NCBI RefSeq assembly: GCF_009914755.1
Contig: NC_060934.1
Source: the human T2T-CHM13v2.0 reference genome, Homo sapiens
Reading direction: 5' to 3' (one strand)
DNA: 64,000 bases
Numbering within the stretch: position 1 is the first letter of the stretch; every line of letters begins with the position of its first letter. Position numbers and translations under genes: made by a program. The notes below the pieces were generated by a model. It had not been told where the DNA came from and made no database searches. It saw only the letters and a program-made list of their open reading frames with translations. Positions 14,705 to 34,540 of the stretch are shown here, one piece after another.

Positions 14705-15102
14705 TCAGGACTCAGGAAGCTGGGCAGAGCCCGAGAGGCAGGGCGGGCGAGACCAGAGTGCTGGGAAGACCCGAAGCACCCGGGAAAATTCCAAGCATCA
14801 TCTGGCACCTGGCATGGCCTCATGCTTCAGGCCTCCGGCTGGAGGTTGTGGGGTCTCAAGGCTGCTGAGGAGGAGGAAGAGTAAGGAGCTCTGGGGAGCC
14901 CAGGGACCTGGGCTCCAGTGCAGTCTCCTTTCTTTCAGTGCCTCACTATGTTACCCTGGGAAACTGGCTTCACCTCTCTGATTTCAGCTGAATCTTCCAT
15001 GCTCTGCAGAAAACCTGCCCTGTCCCTCCCAGGCTGTTAGGAGGAAGGATGAGGTCACTCACTCACTGACTCACTCCATCTGTCCCTCATATGCCCAGTT
15101 AC

Positions 15103-15132
15103 CTTCTTTTCAGGCTCCAAGAAATCAGCGAC
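15103..15132 (-). other. SFTPA2: SFTPA2 5' UTR exon B (30 nt)
   Basis: ttttcattctcag|GTCGCTGATTTCTTGGAGCCTGAAAAGAAG|gtaac; matches the known SP-A2 exon B. Confidence 0.9.
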
Positions 15133-15497
15133 CTGAGAATGAAAAGAGATGAATAGGGCCCACAGCCTGGACCCTTCAAGGTGATCATCGGGGGGTGATG
15201 ACCCTCTCACAGTCAGTGATGAGGTCTTCCTTCCTCTTGGGGTCTGTTCTCCCACTCCCCCTGCTTAGGCCCTGCTGAGTCCCTGGTAGGGATGGATCTG
15301 GCCAAGGAAGATATCAAAGCATGAGGGTCTTTGTAGGTCATCCATGTTGACCATGCTGTGAAACACCTCCCAGTGGAAAATGGGGAGTTGCCCTCCTTCC
15401 CAACCTGGGCCTTGGTCAGGCCTGTGGCTGCTGGGCTGGTCCTCTCTGCCTGCGATCCTCAAGCTGGAGAACACCTAGGGGATGTGGCTAAACTCAC

Positions 15498-15541
15498 CCA
15501 CACACAGAGCCTCCAGCTGCTTGGGTCTCTGCCTCCAAGTT
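15498..15541 (-). other. SFTPA2: SFTPA2 5' UTR exon A (44 nt), TSS about 15541
   Basis: AACTTGGAGGCAGAGACCC...GTGTGG|gtgagt, starting 25-30 nt downstream of TATAAA. Confidence 0.9.
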
Positions 15542-15565
15542 AGAGCATAAAGGTGGACAACAGCA

Positions 15566-15571
15566 TTTATA
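15566..15571 (-). promoter_or_regulatory. SFTPA2: TATA box
   Basis: TATAAA at -30 to -25. Confidence 0.9.
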
Positions 15572-15594
15572 GCATGTGGGCTGCCAGGCTTCTT

Positions 15595-15603
15595 CCCCAC
15601 CCC
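15595..15603 (-). promoter_or_regulatory. SFTPA2: GT box (Sp/KLF site)
   Basis: GGGGTGGGG at about -62, the position of the described SP-A2 GT box. Confidence 0.8.
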
Positions 15604-15700
15604 TGAGAGCTCTACCACAAAACCTGTTCTCCAAGCAGGAAATAGGCATAGTGTTTACACAGCACATTTCCCTGCAGAACACTCAGGCTGGAGGAATACT

Positions 15701-15721
15701 TAGGACCCTTGAGGGGAGCAC
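15701..15721 (-). promoter_or_regulatory. SFTPA2: TTF-1/NKX2-1 binding element (TBE)
   Basis: GTGCTCCCCTCAAGGGTCCTA with CTCAAG core at about -171. Confidence 0.85.
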
Positions 15722-15775
15722 AGAACCTGGTAAAGAAAAATACCAGGTCTGTAAGAAGAGAAATGCCTCACTGGC

Positions 15776-15783
15776 TAAGGTCA
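15776..15783 (-). promoter_or_regulatory. SFTPA2: CRE-like / nuclear-receptor half site (CRE_SP-A)
   Basis: TGACCTTA beginning at -242 from the inferred TSS. Confidence 0.85.
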
Positions 15784-16684
15784 CCCACTCTGCACTCAGG
15801 GAGCTCCACTGGGTTCCTGGTTTAGTTTCAGACAATGAAGAAGTCACTGCTTCAGCTGAGGTTGGTCAGGTTGATCCAGGCCAACCTGTCTGCCCTGTAA
15901 CCTTGCTCAGCTCTGAGCCCCAGGACCCCCAGCCAGTGTCTCTGGAGCCTGCAGCCGAGTTGGTGGGCACATGGGCAGAGTGGCAGGCAAATATGCTGCA
16001 TGTTCCACTTCCCTCTGCCCTAGCAGGTTCAGCTGGAGGAGTCAGGGCAGCACCTGGAAGGTCATGGGAGAGCTGCAGTTTCTGTCTTTGGTAGAACATC
16101 ACTTTGGGTGATGTCTGGCAACCTGCAATGGTGATTATGCTAAGTGTCCCAGTGATATATGAAGCCCTAGTTGTTAGGGTCCTGGTTTGAGCATCTGGAT
16201 TAGGAGGGAATCTCCAACTGTGGAGGTGGTAATGATGGGAACCAAGACAGGAAAATCTCCCCTGGCTTATTTGGAATTGGTTTGAAAAATCCCAAACCAT
16301 TGAGGAGTTTGGAGCTCTTCCAGGGAGCGGAAGCTCAGACAACGGACCCCACTCCCAGGAGCAGGAAGCTGGGCAGTGCCAATTTGTAGCATGGAGTCTT
16401 TCAGCTGTCCCAGTGCTGTCTGCCACACCATGTGGTGGGTGCTGGGCCAGGTGTGGAATGGGGGAGTCAGGCCAGTGCAGGTTGGGGGCAGGTGGGGCGA
16501 AGCTCCAGCAACTTGGCTGTGGGGAGGCAGGGCTGTTTTGCAGGTGATGAGCAGGAACAGAGGCCAACTTGGATGTGCAGGGCCTTGTGGTTGGCAGGGC
16601 AGGGCATGGCTTTAGGGGAAAGGCACACCTGAGTTTTGACCCAGAGCTGTCACTTATTAACCAGGTGGCCTTGGTCAGTTTCAT

Positions 16685-17390
16685 TTTTCATTTTATTATT
16701 CTGAAACAACATCAAAATTACAGAAAAATTGCCAGTATCGTACGACTTTTTTTTCCCCTGAACCTATGAGAGTAGGTTGTCAACATGAAACCCCAACACC
16801 CCAATACTTTAATGTGTTTTTCACGCAAAGGCATTTTTGCATTATAACCGTAATCAAGAAATAAACACGGATACAATAACTCCAAATAGCCTTCAGGCCC
16901 TATGCAAAATGTACACAATGCCCCAATAGTGTCCTTTATAGCAAAGGATCCGTTTCTGAGCCATGTGCCTTATTCGGTTGTCACGCTTCTCCAGGGTCCT
17001 GAAACCCACAAAGTCCCTCTGTCTTCCCTTCACCTTCATGACCTGAACACAGTGTGAAGATCACAGGGGAGTTACTGTGTAAAATACCCCTCACTTTGTT
17101 TGTTTGTTTGTTTGTATTGCCTTACAGTTAGATTCAGGTTCTGTAACTTCGGCAGAAATACCATCGACACCCGGCTGCGCTCTTCTCCCATTCTACCCGG
17201 CAGCATGTGACTTTAGTTTGCCCCAAGACTGATGATGTTCGTGTTGATCATTTAATTAAGGTGGTGGGTGTCACAATTTGCCACTGCAAATTTATTCTTT
17301 TTCTGATTTTAATCAGTGACTATGTTGTGGGGACGCACTTTGGGACTATTGTAAAGATCCCATCCCTCATCACGCTCTTTGTTGCCCTTT
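16685..17390 (-). mobile_element. Ancient L1 3' end (L1MC4/5-like)
   Basis: Resembles recalled old L1MC 3' UTR (aaaattacagaaaaattgc..., gatcatttaattaaggtggtg); highly diverged. Confidence 0.5.
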
Positions 17391-18629
17391 GATTGATTTG
17401 TAGCAATGTGGACTCGTGAGTGAGGCTTGCCACCGACCGCCAGGGGGAACCATGCACTCGCCTGCGTGCTGCAAGGGACACTATCCGAGTTTGATGTTGA
17501 GACAGGTACAGTTTACCAGCACATGGCACCAGCAAATCTAAAGAATGTAGTTAAGAAACACAAGCTTGTCATTCTTAGCACTAAGAATTGCTGCAGTCCC
17601 TGCTGAGTTCCGAGTGTCCAAGCCAGGCCACTCTGCCGCGTCCACAGCCTCCTCCCCCTGCTCAGGCCCCATTGCCCTGGCCGGTCCGCTCTCCTTCAGT
17701 GCCCTTCTCACTCTCCTAGGGGCTTCAACCCCCATGCTGGGCCACCTCCCTCTGCGGGGACATCCTCTTCACACTGCCAGGCCCTGGGTGCCCACGCGAA
17801 GCCACCTCAGAGTCCACAGTCTCACTGCACTCCGAGTCCCACTCCCTGTGGCAGGACCCCCTCCTCACCCAGTGTGACTGAAACCAGGAAGACGACGCTT
17901 TTTAAGACTGAAGGGGCACAGAGTGGGAGCCATGCACCGCCCTAAGAACAGCCCACGGGGGTCTCTGCAGATTCGAGACCTCTCTCTCAGTGCTCAAGGG
18001 ACTCTTTCCTTCCCCTTTCTCCAGCTGCACTGGGTGCTAGCAGTGGGAAGAGGCTGTCTGTGGCTGCTAGAGCTTTCCCGTCGTTTTGGATCATTGCAGC
18101 ACTCTATGAGGCGTACAGAGAGTAAGTAAATCCCCATTCCATACTTCAGTCAACTGAGGCTGACAGGGGTTACATGGATTGCCAAAATTACCCAGAAATC
18201 CTCTTTCCAGCTCAGTCCTCTGCTAGAACCTTCCCAGAGTCAGAGGGATGTGCTTAATCTACCTGTACCTGGAGACAAAGAGATGCATAAATAGATTTAC
18301 TAATTATGGATATATTTCAAGATCACTTCTACTGTCAGAATCTAAGGGGCAGCTCAGCCACATTAAGGGAATGGAAGTTGACGCTTCTTTTCCTTGATGC
18401 AGCCAGCATACTAAGCAATTATGTGTGTATGTATTATAAATATATGTACACACATATATTGTGTGCTGTATATTTACACACATATCTATATTACATTGGC
18501 ACATCTAATAAATGTCACTGCATTCTTAAAAAGCATAACACAATAAATCTTTCTATGACCTAGAAATGACAAATTTTAATTTTCATCAACACAGCCCTCT
18601 CACCTCACTACCCTGAGCATTTTGAGTCT

Positions 18630-18983
18630 TCCAAACCCCAGAGAAACACGTCATGTTTTATTAAGGCTTTGAGGTGAGGGAGACAGTTTTTCCCATTCTG
18701 CGCCTTGGAGGAATTGAAACTGGCAGATGGCAGCAACTATCTCCAATGAAACAGGCTCAGGAAAACACACGTGCACATACACACACACACACACACACGC
18801 ACACACACACACTGACTTTGCATCAATAAGACCATACTGCAGATACTCTTCTACAATAAGTGTTTTCTCTTACATACCCCAGCCATATTTTCAGATTGAC
18901 ACACAGGGATATAATTGTTAACTATAGTCTTTTCTTGGGGTTTGCTTGTTTTTAATTTGGGTGACTTATTCTTTACTCTTTTT
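18630..18983 (+). repeat. Direct repeat, left copy flanking the L1MA (partner 24622-24983; third, inverted copy about 57090-57430)
   Basis: Shared blocks ccttggaggaattgaaa, catactgcagatactcttctacaa and ttttcttgggg..tgcttgtttttaattt; contains (CA)n. Confidence 0.9.
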
Positions 18984-19907
18984 AATTTTAAAAAATTTCT
19001 TATTTTTAATGGACACATAATTTTATATATACATGGGATATAGTGAGCTATTTTGATACATGTATGCAATAATCAATGATCAAATCAGGGTAAGTTGTAT
19101 ACCCATCACCCCAAAAGTGTATCAATATTTAGTGATAAGAACATTCACAGTCTTCTCTTTTACCTCTTTGAATGTATATAATGAGTTATTGTTCACTATG
19201 GTCACCCTCCAGTGCTCTAGAAGGCTAGAACTCATTGCTCTTGTCTAGCTATGATCTTTTGTCCATTGACCAAGCTCTCCTCATCCTTCATTCTCCTGGT
19301 TTTCCCAGCCTCTAGTATGCTCTGTTCTACTGTTTACGTCTGTGAGATTAACTTTATTTTTAGCTTCCACATATGTGTGAGAAGATGCTGTGTTTAACTT
19401 TCTCTTCCTGGCTTTATTTCATTTAACATAATGGCTCATCCATGTTGCCATGAATGACAGGATTTCATTCTTTCTTAGGGCCGGACAGTATTTCATGGTG
19501 TATAGTTATCGCATTTTCTTTATCCATCCATCCATTGGTAGACACTTAATTTGATTCCACATTTGGCTATTGTGAATAGTACTACAATAAACATGGGAGT
19601 GCAGATACTTCTTCAACATACTGAGTTCCTTTCCTTTGAATATATTCCTATGAATACTGAGTAGTGGAATTGTTAGATCATATGGTCGTTCTATTTTTTG
19701 TTTTTTGGAGGAATCTCCCCTCTGTTTTCCATAATAACTGTACTGCTTTACATTTCCACCAACAGTGTATAAGAGTTCACTTTTCTCTGCATCCTTGCCA
19801 GTATTTATTAGTTATTGTCTTATTAATAAGAGCCAGTCTACCTGGGGTGAGATATCTCATTGTGGTTTGATTGACATTTTCCTTAGGAGTAGTAGTATTG
19901 AGAATTC

Positions 19908-20218
19908 TTATTTTTATATTATATCTATTATTTTATTTTAGACAGGGTCTTGCTCTGTCACCCAGGACAGAGCGCAGTGACACAATCTCAGCTCACTGCA
20001 GCCTTCACCTCCTGGACTCAAGCAATCCTCCCAACTCAGCCTCCTGAGTAGCTGACACTATAGGCATAGACCACCATGCCCGGATAATTTTTTATTTTTG
20101 TAAGCATGAAATCTCACTATGTTTCCCAGGCTGGTCTCAAACTCCTGGGCTCAAGCCAACTTCCCACTTCAGCCTCCCAAATTACTGGGATTACAGGCAA
20201 GAGCCACCGGGCCTGGCC
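19908..20218 (-). mobile_element. AluJ
   Basis: J diagnostics (cctgggctcaag, gacagggtcttgc), decayed tail and TSD; absent at the paralogous site near 56175. Confidence 0.85.
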
Positions 20219-21477
20219 AAGCATTTTTAATATACTTGTTGGCAATTTATATGTCTTCTTTCAAGACGTGTCTGTTCAGATCATTTGCCCATTTTAAAAT
20301 TGTATTATTTGGATTTTTTTGCTGTAGACTTGTTTGAGTTCCTTGTGTATACAGGATATTAATTCCTTATTGGATTAATAGTTGCAAATATTTTCTCCAA
20401 TTCTGCAGGTTTTCTCTTCACACTGCTGATTGTTTTCTCTGCAGATGCTTTTTAGTTTGATATAATCCCATTTGTTTATTTTCGCTTTTGTTGCCTGTGC
20501 TTTTGAGGTCTTTCATAAAATCTTCACCCAAACCGGTGTCCTGAGGCACTTCTCCTGTGTTTATTTCTAGTAGTTTCATAGTTTCGGGACTTACATTTAA
20601 GTCTTTAGTCCATTTTGTGTTGATTTTTTGTATGTGTGAGAGATAGGAGTCCAGTTGCATTCTTCTGCATATGAATATCCAGTTTCCCCAGCATCATTTA
20701 TTGAACAGACTGTTCTTTCCCCCAACGTATGTTCTTGATGCCTTTGTCAAAAATCAGTTGACTATAAATATGCGAATTTATTTCTGTGTTCTCTATTGTG
20801 TTCCATTGCTCTATGTGTTTATAACAGCACCATGCTGTTTTGGTTATCATAGATTTGTAGTACATGTTGAAGTCAGGTAGTGTGATGCCTCCAGCTTTTC
20901 ACTTTTTGCTTAGGGTTGCCTTGACTATTTGGTGTCTTTTTATGGTTCCATACAAATTTTATGATTGTTCATTCTCATTTTGTGAAGAATGTCATTATTA
21001 TTTTAATAGGCATGGCATTAAATCTGTAGATCACTTTGGGTAGTATGGTTATTTTAACAATACTGATTCTTCCAATCCATGAACATGAGATGTCTTTTCA
21101 CTTTTTTGTATCCTCTTCAGTTTTTTCTTCAGTGTTTTATAGCTTTCATAGTAGAGATCTTTCACTCCCTGGTTACATTTATTCCTAGGTATTTTATACT
21201 TTGTAGCCATTGTAAACGGGATTGACTTCTTGATTTCTTTCTCATGTAGTTCTTCTTGATGTATACAAATGCTGTTGATTTTTGTATGTTGATTTTGTAT
21301 CCTGCAACTTTACTGGATTCATTTATCAGTTCTAAGAGTGTTTTTGTGAAGTCTTTAGGATTTTGTCTTTTTAAGATCATGTTGTCTGCAAATAGGGACA
21401 ATTTGATTTCTTCCTTTCCTATTTGGATACGCTTTATTTTTTTCCCATGATTAATTACTCTGGCTAGGACTTCCTTA

Positions 21478-21847
<370 letters not shown>

Positions 21848-22727
21848 TTATTAGCGGAAAACTTTCAAATTTTCTCCATTCAGTATGATGGTAGCTGTCG
21901 ATTTTTTTGTATATGGCCTTTATTGTGTTGAGGTACTTGGTTTATACACCTAATTTGTTGAGGGTTTTTATGATGAAGGGATGTTAAATTTTGTCAAATA
22001 TTTTTTCTGCATCTATTGAGATGATCATATGTTTTCTTCTTCATTCCGTTGATGTAATGTATCACACTTATTGATTTATATATGTTGAACCATCCTTGCA
22101 TCCCTGAGATGAATCCCACTTGATGATGATTGTATTTTGGATGTGCTGCTGGATTCTGTTTGCTAGTATTTTGTTGAGGATTTTTGTATCTCTGTTCATC
22201 AGAGATATTAGCTTGTACTGTTCTTGTTGTTGTTGTGTTTATGTCTGGTTTTGCTGTCAGGATATCAGGATAATGCTGGCCCCATAAAATGAGATTGGAA
22301 GAATTTCCTCCTCTTCAATTTTTTGGAATAGCTTGAAAAGAATTGGTGTTTTTTGTTCTTTAAAACTTTGGCAGAATTCAGCAGTGAAGGCATCTAGTCA
22401 TGGACTTTTCTTTGATGGTAGACGTTTTATTATTGATTCAATATTGTTACTAGTAATTGGTATGTTCGGGTTTTCTATTTCTTCCTGGTTCAGTCTTGGT
22501 AGGTTGTATGTGTCCAGGAATTCATCCATTTTCCCTAGATTTTCTCATTTGTTGACATAAGTTGTTTATAATAATGTTTAATGATCGTTTGTATTTCTGT
22601 GGTATCAATTGTAAGTCTCCTTTTTTGTTTCTCATTTTTACTTATCTCAGTCTTCTCTCTTATTTTTTTAGTTAGTCTACCTAATGGTTTGTCAATTTTG
22701 TTTATCTGTTCAAAATACCAACGTTTC

Positions 22728-23040
22728 AGCTCAGTATAGTGGCTCATGCCTGTAATCCCAGCACTGAGGCCAAGGCAGGAGGATCACTTGAGGCCAGGAG
22801 TTTGAGACCATCCTGGGCAATAAAAAAAATACTACATCTTTTAAAAAAGAAGAAAAAAAATCTTAGCTGGGTGTGGTGGCACATGCCTGTATTCCCAGCT
22901 GCTCAGAAGAATGAAGGTCTCTGGCGCTCATGAGCTGGAGGCTGCAGTGAGCCATGACAGAGGCACTGCACTTCATCCTGGGTGACAGAGTAAGATGCTC
23001 ACCCCAGAAAAATACAAAAACAAACAAACAAACAAAAACC
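22728..23040 (+). mobile_element. AluJ shared by both duplication arms
   Basis: Private deletion ccagcactgagg also present in the inverted copy at 52195-52494. Confidence 0.85.
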
Positions 23041-24621
23041 TCCCCAACTTTTCATTTTATTGATCTCTAGTCTGTTTGTTGTTTATTTCTGCTCTGATTT
23101 TTCAAGTTTCTTTCTACTAATTTTGAGTTTGGCTCTTTTTCTTGCTTTTCTAGTTCTTTAAGGTGCATTATTGTTTTATTTTTTGGAAATCATCTACTTT
23201 TTTGATGTAGGCATGCAACGCTATAAATTTCCCTCTTAGGTTTTGATATGTTGTGTTTGTATTTTTGTTTCTTTCAAGGAAATTTTTAATTTCCGTCTTA
23301 ATTTGTTTATTCACCCATTGGTCTTTCAGAAGCATATTGTTTAATTTCTATGTATTTGTTCAGTTTCCAAAGTTCCTCTTGTTATTGCTTTCTTGTTTTA
23401 TTCCATTGTGTTCATAAAAGGTAATTGAAATGATTGTGATGTTTTAAAATTCATTGAGACTTGCTTTGTGGCCTAATATATGGTCTATCCTGGAGAATGT
23501 TCTATGTGCTGATGAAAAGAATGAGTATTCTGTAACTGTCAGATGAAATGTTCTTCAAGTGTCTGTTAGGTCCATTTGTTCTGGAGCACAGATTAAATCC
23601 AGTGTTTCTTTGTTGATTTTGTGTCTAAGCGATCTATCAATACTGAGAGTGAACTGTTGAAGTCCCCAACAATTATTGTATTGGAGTCTGCCTCTCCCTT
23701 TAGCTCTAATAATATTTGATTTCTATAGTTTGGTTTTCTGGTGTTGGGTGAATGTATCTTTACAATTGTCATATCCTTTTACTAAATCAATCCCTTTGTC
23801 ATTATATGTGATCTTCCTTGACTTTTCTCACAGCTTTTGATTTAAAGTACATTTTATCTGAAATAAGTATAGTGACTTCTGCTCACTTTTTATTTCTATT
23901 TGCATGAATTTTTTTTCATTCATTTACATTCAGTCTATGCATGTTTTTACAAGTCATGTAAGTTTCTTATAAGAAGCATATAGTTTGGTCCCTTTTTTTA
24001 TCCATTTAGCCAGTCTATATTTTTTAATTGAGTAATTTAGTCTGTTTACATTCAAGGTTATTGTTGATAAGTGAGGATTACTCTTGTGATTTAAACAGTT
24101 GTTTTCTGATTATTTTGTCTCTTCTTTGTTACTTCCTCTCTTATTGTTTATCTTCGTAGTTTGTTGGTTTTCTGTAGTGATAAATTTTGATTGCTTTCTC
24201 TTTCTCATTTGTATGTTTTCTCTACCAATGAGTTTTATACTTTCACATGTTTTCACAAAGGTAGTTATTTTTCCTTCACTTCCAGGTATAGGAGTCCCTT
24301 AAGGATTTTTTATAAGGCTAGTCTAGTAGTGATGAATTTTCTCTAGTTTTGTTTGCCTGGGAAAGTCTTTATTTCTCTTTCATCTCTGAATAATAGCTTT
24401 GCTGGGTGTAGTATTCTTTTCTGACAGTTTTTTTTCCAACACTTTGAAAATTATCTTATTCTCTCCTGACTTCTAGGGTTTATTCTAAGAAACCTGCTGT
24501 TAGTCTAATAGGGATTCCCTTATTTTGACTTAGCACATTTTTCTTACTGCTTTGACTATCTTTGACTTTTGACAGTTTATTTACCATGAGCTTCAGTGAA
24601 AACGTTTTTGGATTGAATCTA

Positions 24622-24983
24622 TCCAAACTCCTGGAAAACATTATGCTTTAGGCTTTGAGGAGAGGCAGCCAGCTTTCCTCATTCTGCCACCTTGGAGGAA
24701 TTGAAATTCTCAGGTGGCAGCAAATGTCTCCAAAGAAATAGACTCAGAAATTCTCTCTCTCTCTTACTTTGCACCAAAAAGATCATACTGCAGATACTCT
24801 TCTACAACTAGTGTTACATACCTCAGACATCCAGACATCTATTCAAATTCTGCAATTAGTGATTTCCCTTACATCCCTCAGGCATCTTTTCAGATGAACA
24901 CATATAGACCTAATTATAACTATACTCTTTTCTTGGGGGTTGCTTGTTTTTAATTTTGGTAATGTATTCTTCACTATCTTTTT
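24622..24983 (+). repeat. Direct repeat, right copy flanking the L1MA
   Basis: See 18630-18983. Confidence 0.9.
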
Positions 24984-25515
24984 AACTTTTTGGAAAAACT
25001 TGTGCACCATAATAAACAAAAAAGATAACAGATAAGTTTACATTTCAGTGAGTTGTTACAAATTAAAACCTATAAAACTACCAACCAGTCAAAAAGTAAA
25101 CTTTGCCAGCACCACAGAGACCTTCTTGTATGGTCAGTTTCTATGCCCTCTCTCTTACCTATAGGAACTCATTATTCTAACCTCTGTTGCCATTGATTAG
25201 GTTCCCTGTTCTTGAAATTTATATAAAGGACATACTTATACACTAGGGAATTTTGGGGTCTGGCTACTTTGGATCGCCATTGTATGTGTGAGATTGATCT
25301 ATGTTGTTGCACATGGCAATAGTGTGTTCATTGCTGACCAATATTCTACTAGATGAATATATGACAACTGGTTCTTTACTATGGTGTTGACAGACAGTGA
25401 TTTTTTCAGTTTCAATTTAGTATGTATAATGCTGATGTGAACATTCTTGTACATAAAGCTGTCAGGTTATGAGGTTTTCATATGTTAAAATATTAAAGTA
25501 TTAAAGTATATTCTG

Positions 25516-31629
<6,114 letters not shown>

Positions 31630-31759
31630 AAAATATATTCTGTCAAACTGTTTTTCAAATTCCAACAATTTCTCCTTCTATCAGCAGTATTTGACATTTC
31701 CAGTTGCTGTATATTCTCACCAACATTTGTCCATATTTTAAATTTTAGCCAGTCGTTAA

Positions 31760-34540
31760 TCTACACATCCAAAAAACTCAACAAATTTCAAGTAGGATAA
31801 ACTCAAAGAAATCCACACCTAGATATATCATAATCAAACTTTTGTTCAAATATTTTACTTTTGTTGAAAGCAAAAGACAATAAGTAAATCTTAAGAATTC
31901 TATATGAGGGAAAGAGCATCAGAGTGGCATACTTGTTTATCCAGTAGCACACAGCCTCCAGGGGCCAGACAGGATGAAAGCAGCAATAAAGGGTTGAGGT
32001 CAGAAGGCTCAGTGTTTCCCAGTGATATAGCCCTCTTGCATTAATATTGGTCTCAGGCCTGTAAGGCTGTTTCAAAATTGGAAAATAAATTAATGCAACC
32101 CATCACATCAACATGTGAAATAAGGAAAATCACACGATCATATCAGTAGATACAGAAGAAGCATTTGACAAAACCCAAAACTCTCAGTAAACTATGAATA
32201 GGGTTTACTACTTAATAAAAAATATCTATTAAAAGACCTTCAGCTGATAGTTAATAGTGAGAAACCCAAAATTTTACCACTAAGATTATGAAAAAGGCAA
32301 GTTTGTCCCTACTTACAAGTAGTTTTCAACATGTTTCTGAAAGTCTTAGCTAATGCAATAAGACAAAAAATGGAAGTCAGAGGTATATATATTGGGATGG
32401 AAGAGAAAACAATGTCTTTGTTCACACATAACATAATGAGTTGTGTAAAAAAATCTTAAACAACCAAGAAAAAACTGGAATTACTAAACAGTTATGGCAA
32501 GGTTACAGGATACAAATTTAATACAAAAAATCACTTTTCTATATGCCAGCAATGAATAAGTAAAATTTGAAATTAAAAACACAATACCATTTACATTACC
32601 ACCCCCAAAATAAAATACTAGGGCATACATCTAACAAAATATGTATAAGACCTATATAAGGAAAACCACAAAACTCTGATAAAAGGAATCAAAGAAGAGC
32701 TCAATAAATGGAGAGATATTCCATGTTCAAAGATAGAATGACTTAATATTGTTAAGATGCCAATTATTTCCAGATTGATTTATAGATTTAATAAAATTTC
32801 AAGTTAAATCACAGAAAATTATTTCGGAGGTATTGATAAGCTGATTCTAAAGTGTATGTGGAGAGGCAAAAGACACAGAATAGCCAACACAATATTGAAG
32901 AAGAGTAAAGTTGGAGGACTGACACTACCTGACTTCAACACTTACTACACAGGTACAGTTATCGAGATAGTGTAGTATTGGTGAAAATACAGACAAAGAG
33001 ATCAATGGAACAGGATAAAGAGCCTAGAAATAGAACTGCGTTAATATAGTAAACTGACCTCTGAGAAAGAAGCAAAGGCAACAAAAGAACAATAGTCTTT
33101 TCAACAAATGTTGCTACAACAACTGCACATCTATATGCCAAAAAGAGTCAATCTAGACACAAAACTTACACCTTTCACAAAAATTAACTCAAAATGAATC
33201 ATAGACCTAAATGTAAAACACAAAACTAGCAAATTCCTAGAAGATAACAGAGAAGATGTAAATGACCTTGGGTTTGGCAATGACTTTTTAGAAGCAACTG
33301 TGAGGCATGATCTATGAAAGAAAGAATAGATAAGCTGGACTTTGTTAAAATTAAAAAATGTCTGCTTTGCAAAATATATTTCAAGAGAATGAGAACACAA
33401 AACCGAGACTCAGAGAAAATATATTTGCAAAATATATATCTGATAAAGAAGTGTTGTATACAAATAACTCTTACAACTCAACAATAAGGACATGACTCGA
33501 TTAAAATATGGACCAAAGTCCTTAATAGACAACTTACCAAAGAAGATATACAGATGGCATATAAGCATATGAAAAGATGCTCCATATCATGTGTCATCAG
33601 GAAAATGCAAACTGAAATAATGAGATACCCCTATATACTTACTAGAACTGCCAAAATTTGGAGCACTGACAATACCAAATGCTGCTAAGGATGTAGAGCA
33701 ACAGAAACTCATTCATTGATCATGGGAATGTAATATGGCATAGCCACTTTGGAACACGATTTGGTAGTTTCTCATAAAACTAAACACATTCCTGACATAT
33801 TATCTAGCAATCACATCCCTTGGTATTTATCCAAAGGAGTTGAAAGCTTATGCCCACCTAAAAACCTGCACATAAATTTTTATAGCAGCTTTATTCACAC
33901 TTGCCAAAACTTGGCAGCAACCAAGATGTCCTTCAGTAGGTACACGGATAAATAAACCATAGTACATCCAGACAATAGGACGTTATTCAGTGCTAAGGAT
34001 AAATGAGCTATCCAGCCATAAAAATAAATGGAGGAAAACTTAAATGCATATTATCAAATGAAGGAAGCCAATCTGAACAGACTACATACTGTATTATTCA
34101 AACTATGACAGTCAGGAAAAGGCAAAACTGTGAAGATAATAGAAAAGATCTGTGGTTGCCAGGCATTATAGGAGAGTGTGGGGGGAACAGGCAGAGCACA
34201 GAAGATTTTTAGTGCAGTGAAACTCTTCCGTGTGATACTATAATGGTGGATACTGGTCATTATACAATGGTCAAACACGTAGAAATGTACAACACCAAGA
34301 GTGAACACTAATGTAAACTATGGAAGCTGAGTGATAATGATGTGTCCATGCAAGTTCATCAGTTGTACTAAATGTACTAATCTGGTGGGGGATGTTCATA
34401 ATGAGGGAGGTTAAGCACATGTAGGGCAGAGGATATATGGAAAATCTCTGCACTTCCCACTTAATTTTGTCATGAACCTATACCTGCTCTAAAAAATAAA
34501 GTCTTTTAAAAATAAATAATTAAATAAATAACAAATAAAA
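31760..34540 (+). mobile_element. Old L1 (L1MC1-like) with internal deletions
   Basis: Degenerate ORF2 and an L1MC1-type 3' UTR (gtgaacactaatgtaaactatgg) with A-rich tail. Confidence 0.75.

Noticed and set aside
15866-16684. 272-aa minus-strand ORF upstream of the SFTPA2 promoter
   Set aside because: Low-complexity Pro/Ser-rich translation with no recognisable domain; such ORFs arise by chance in GC-rich DNA.
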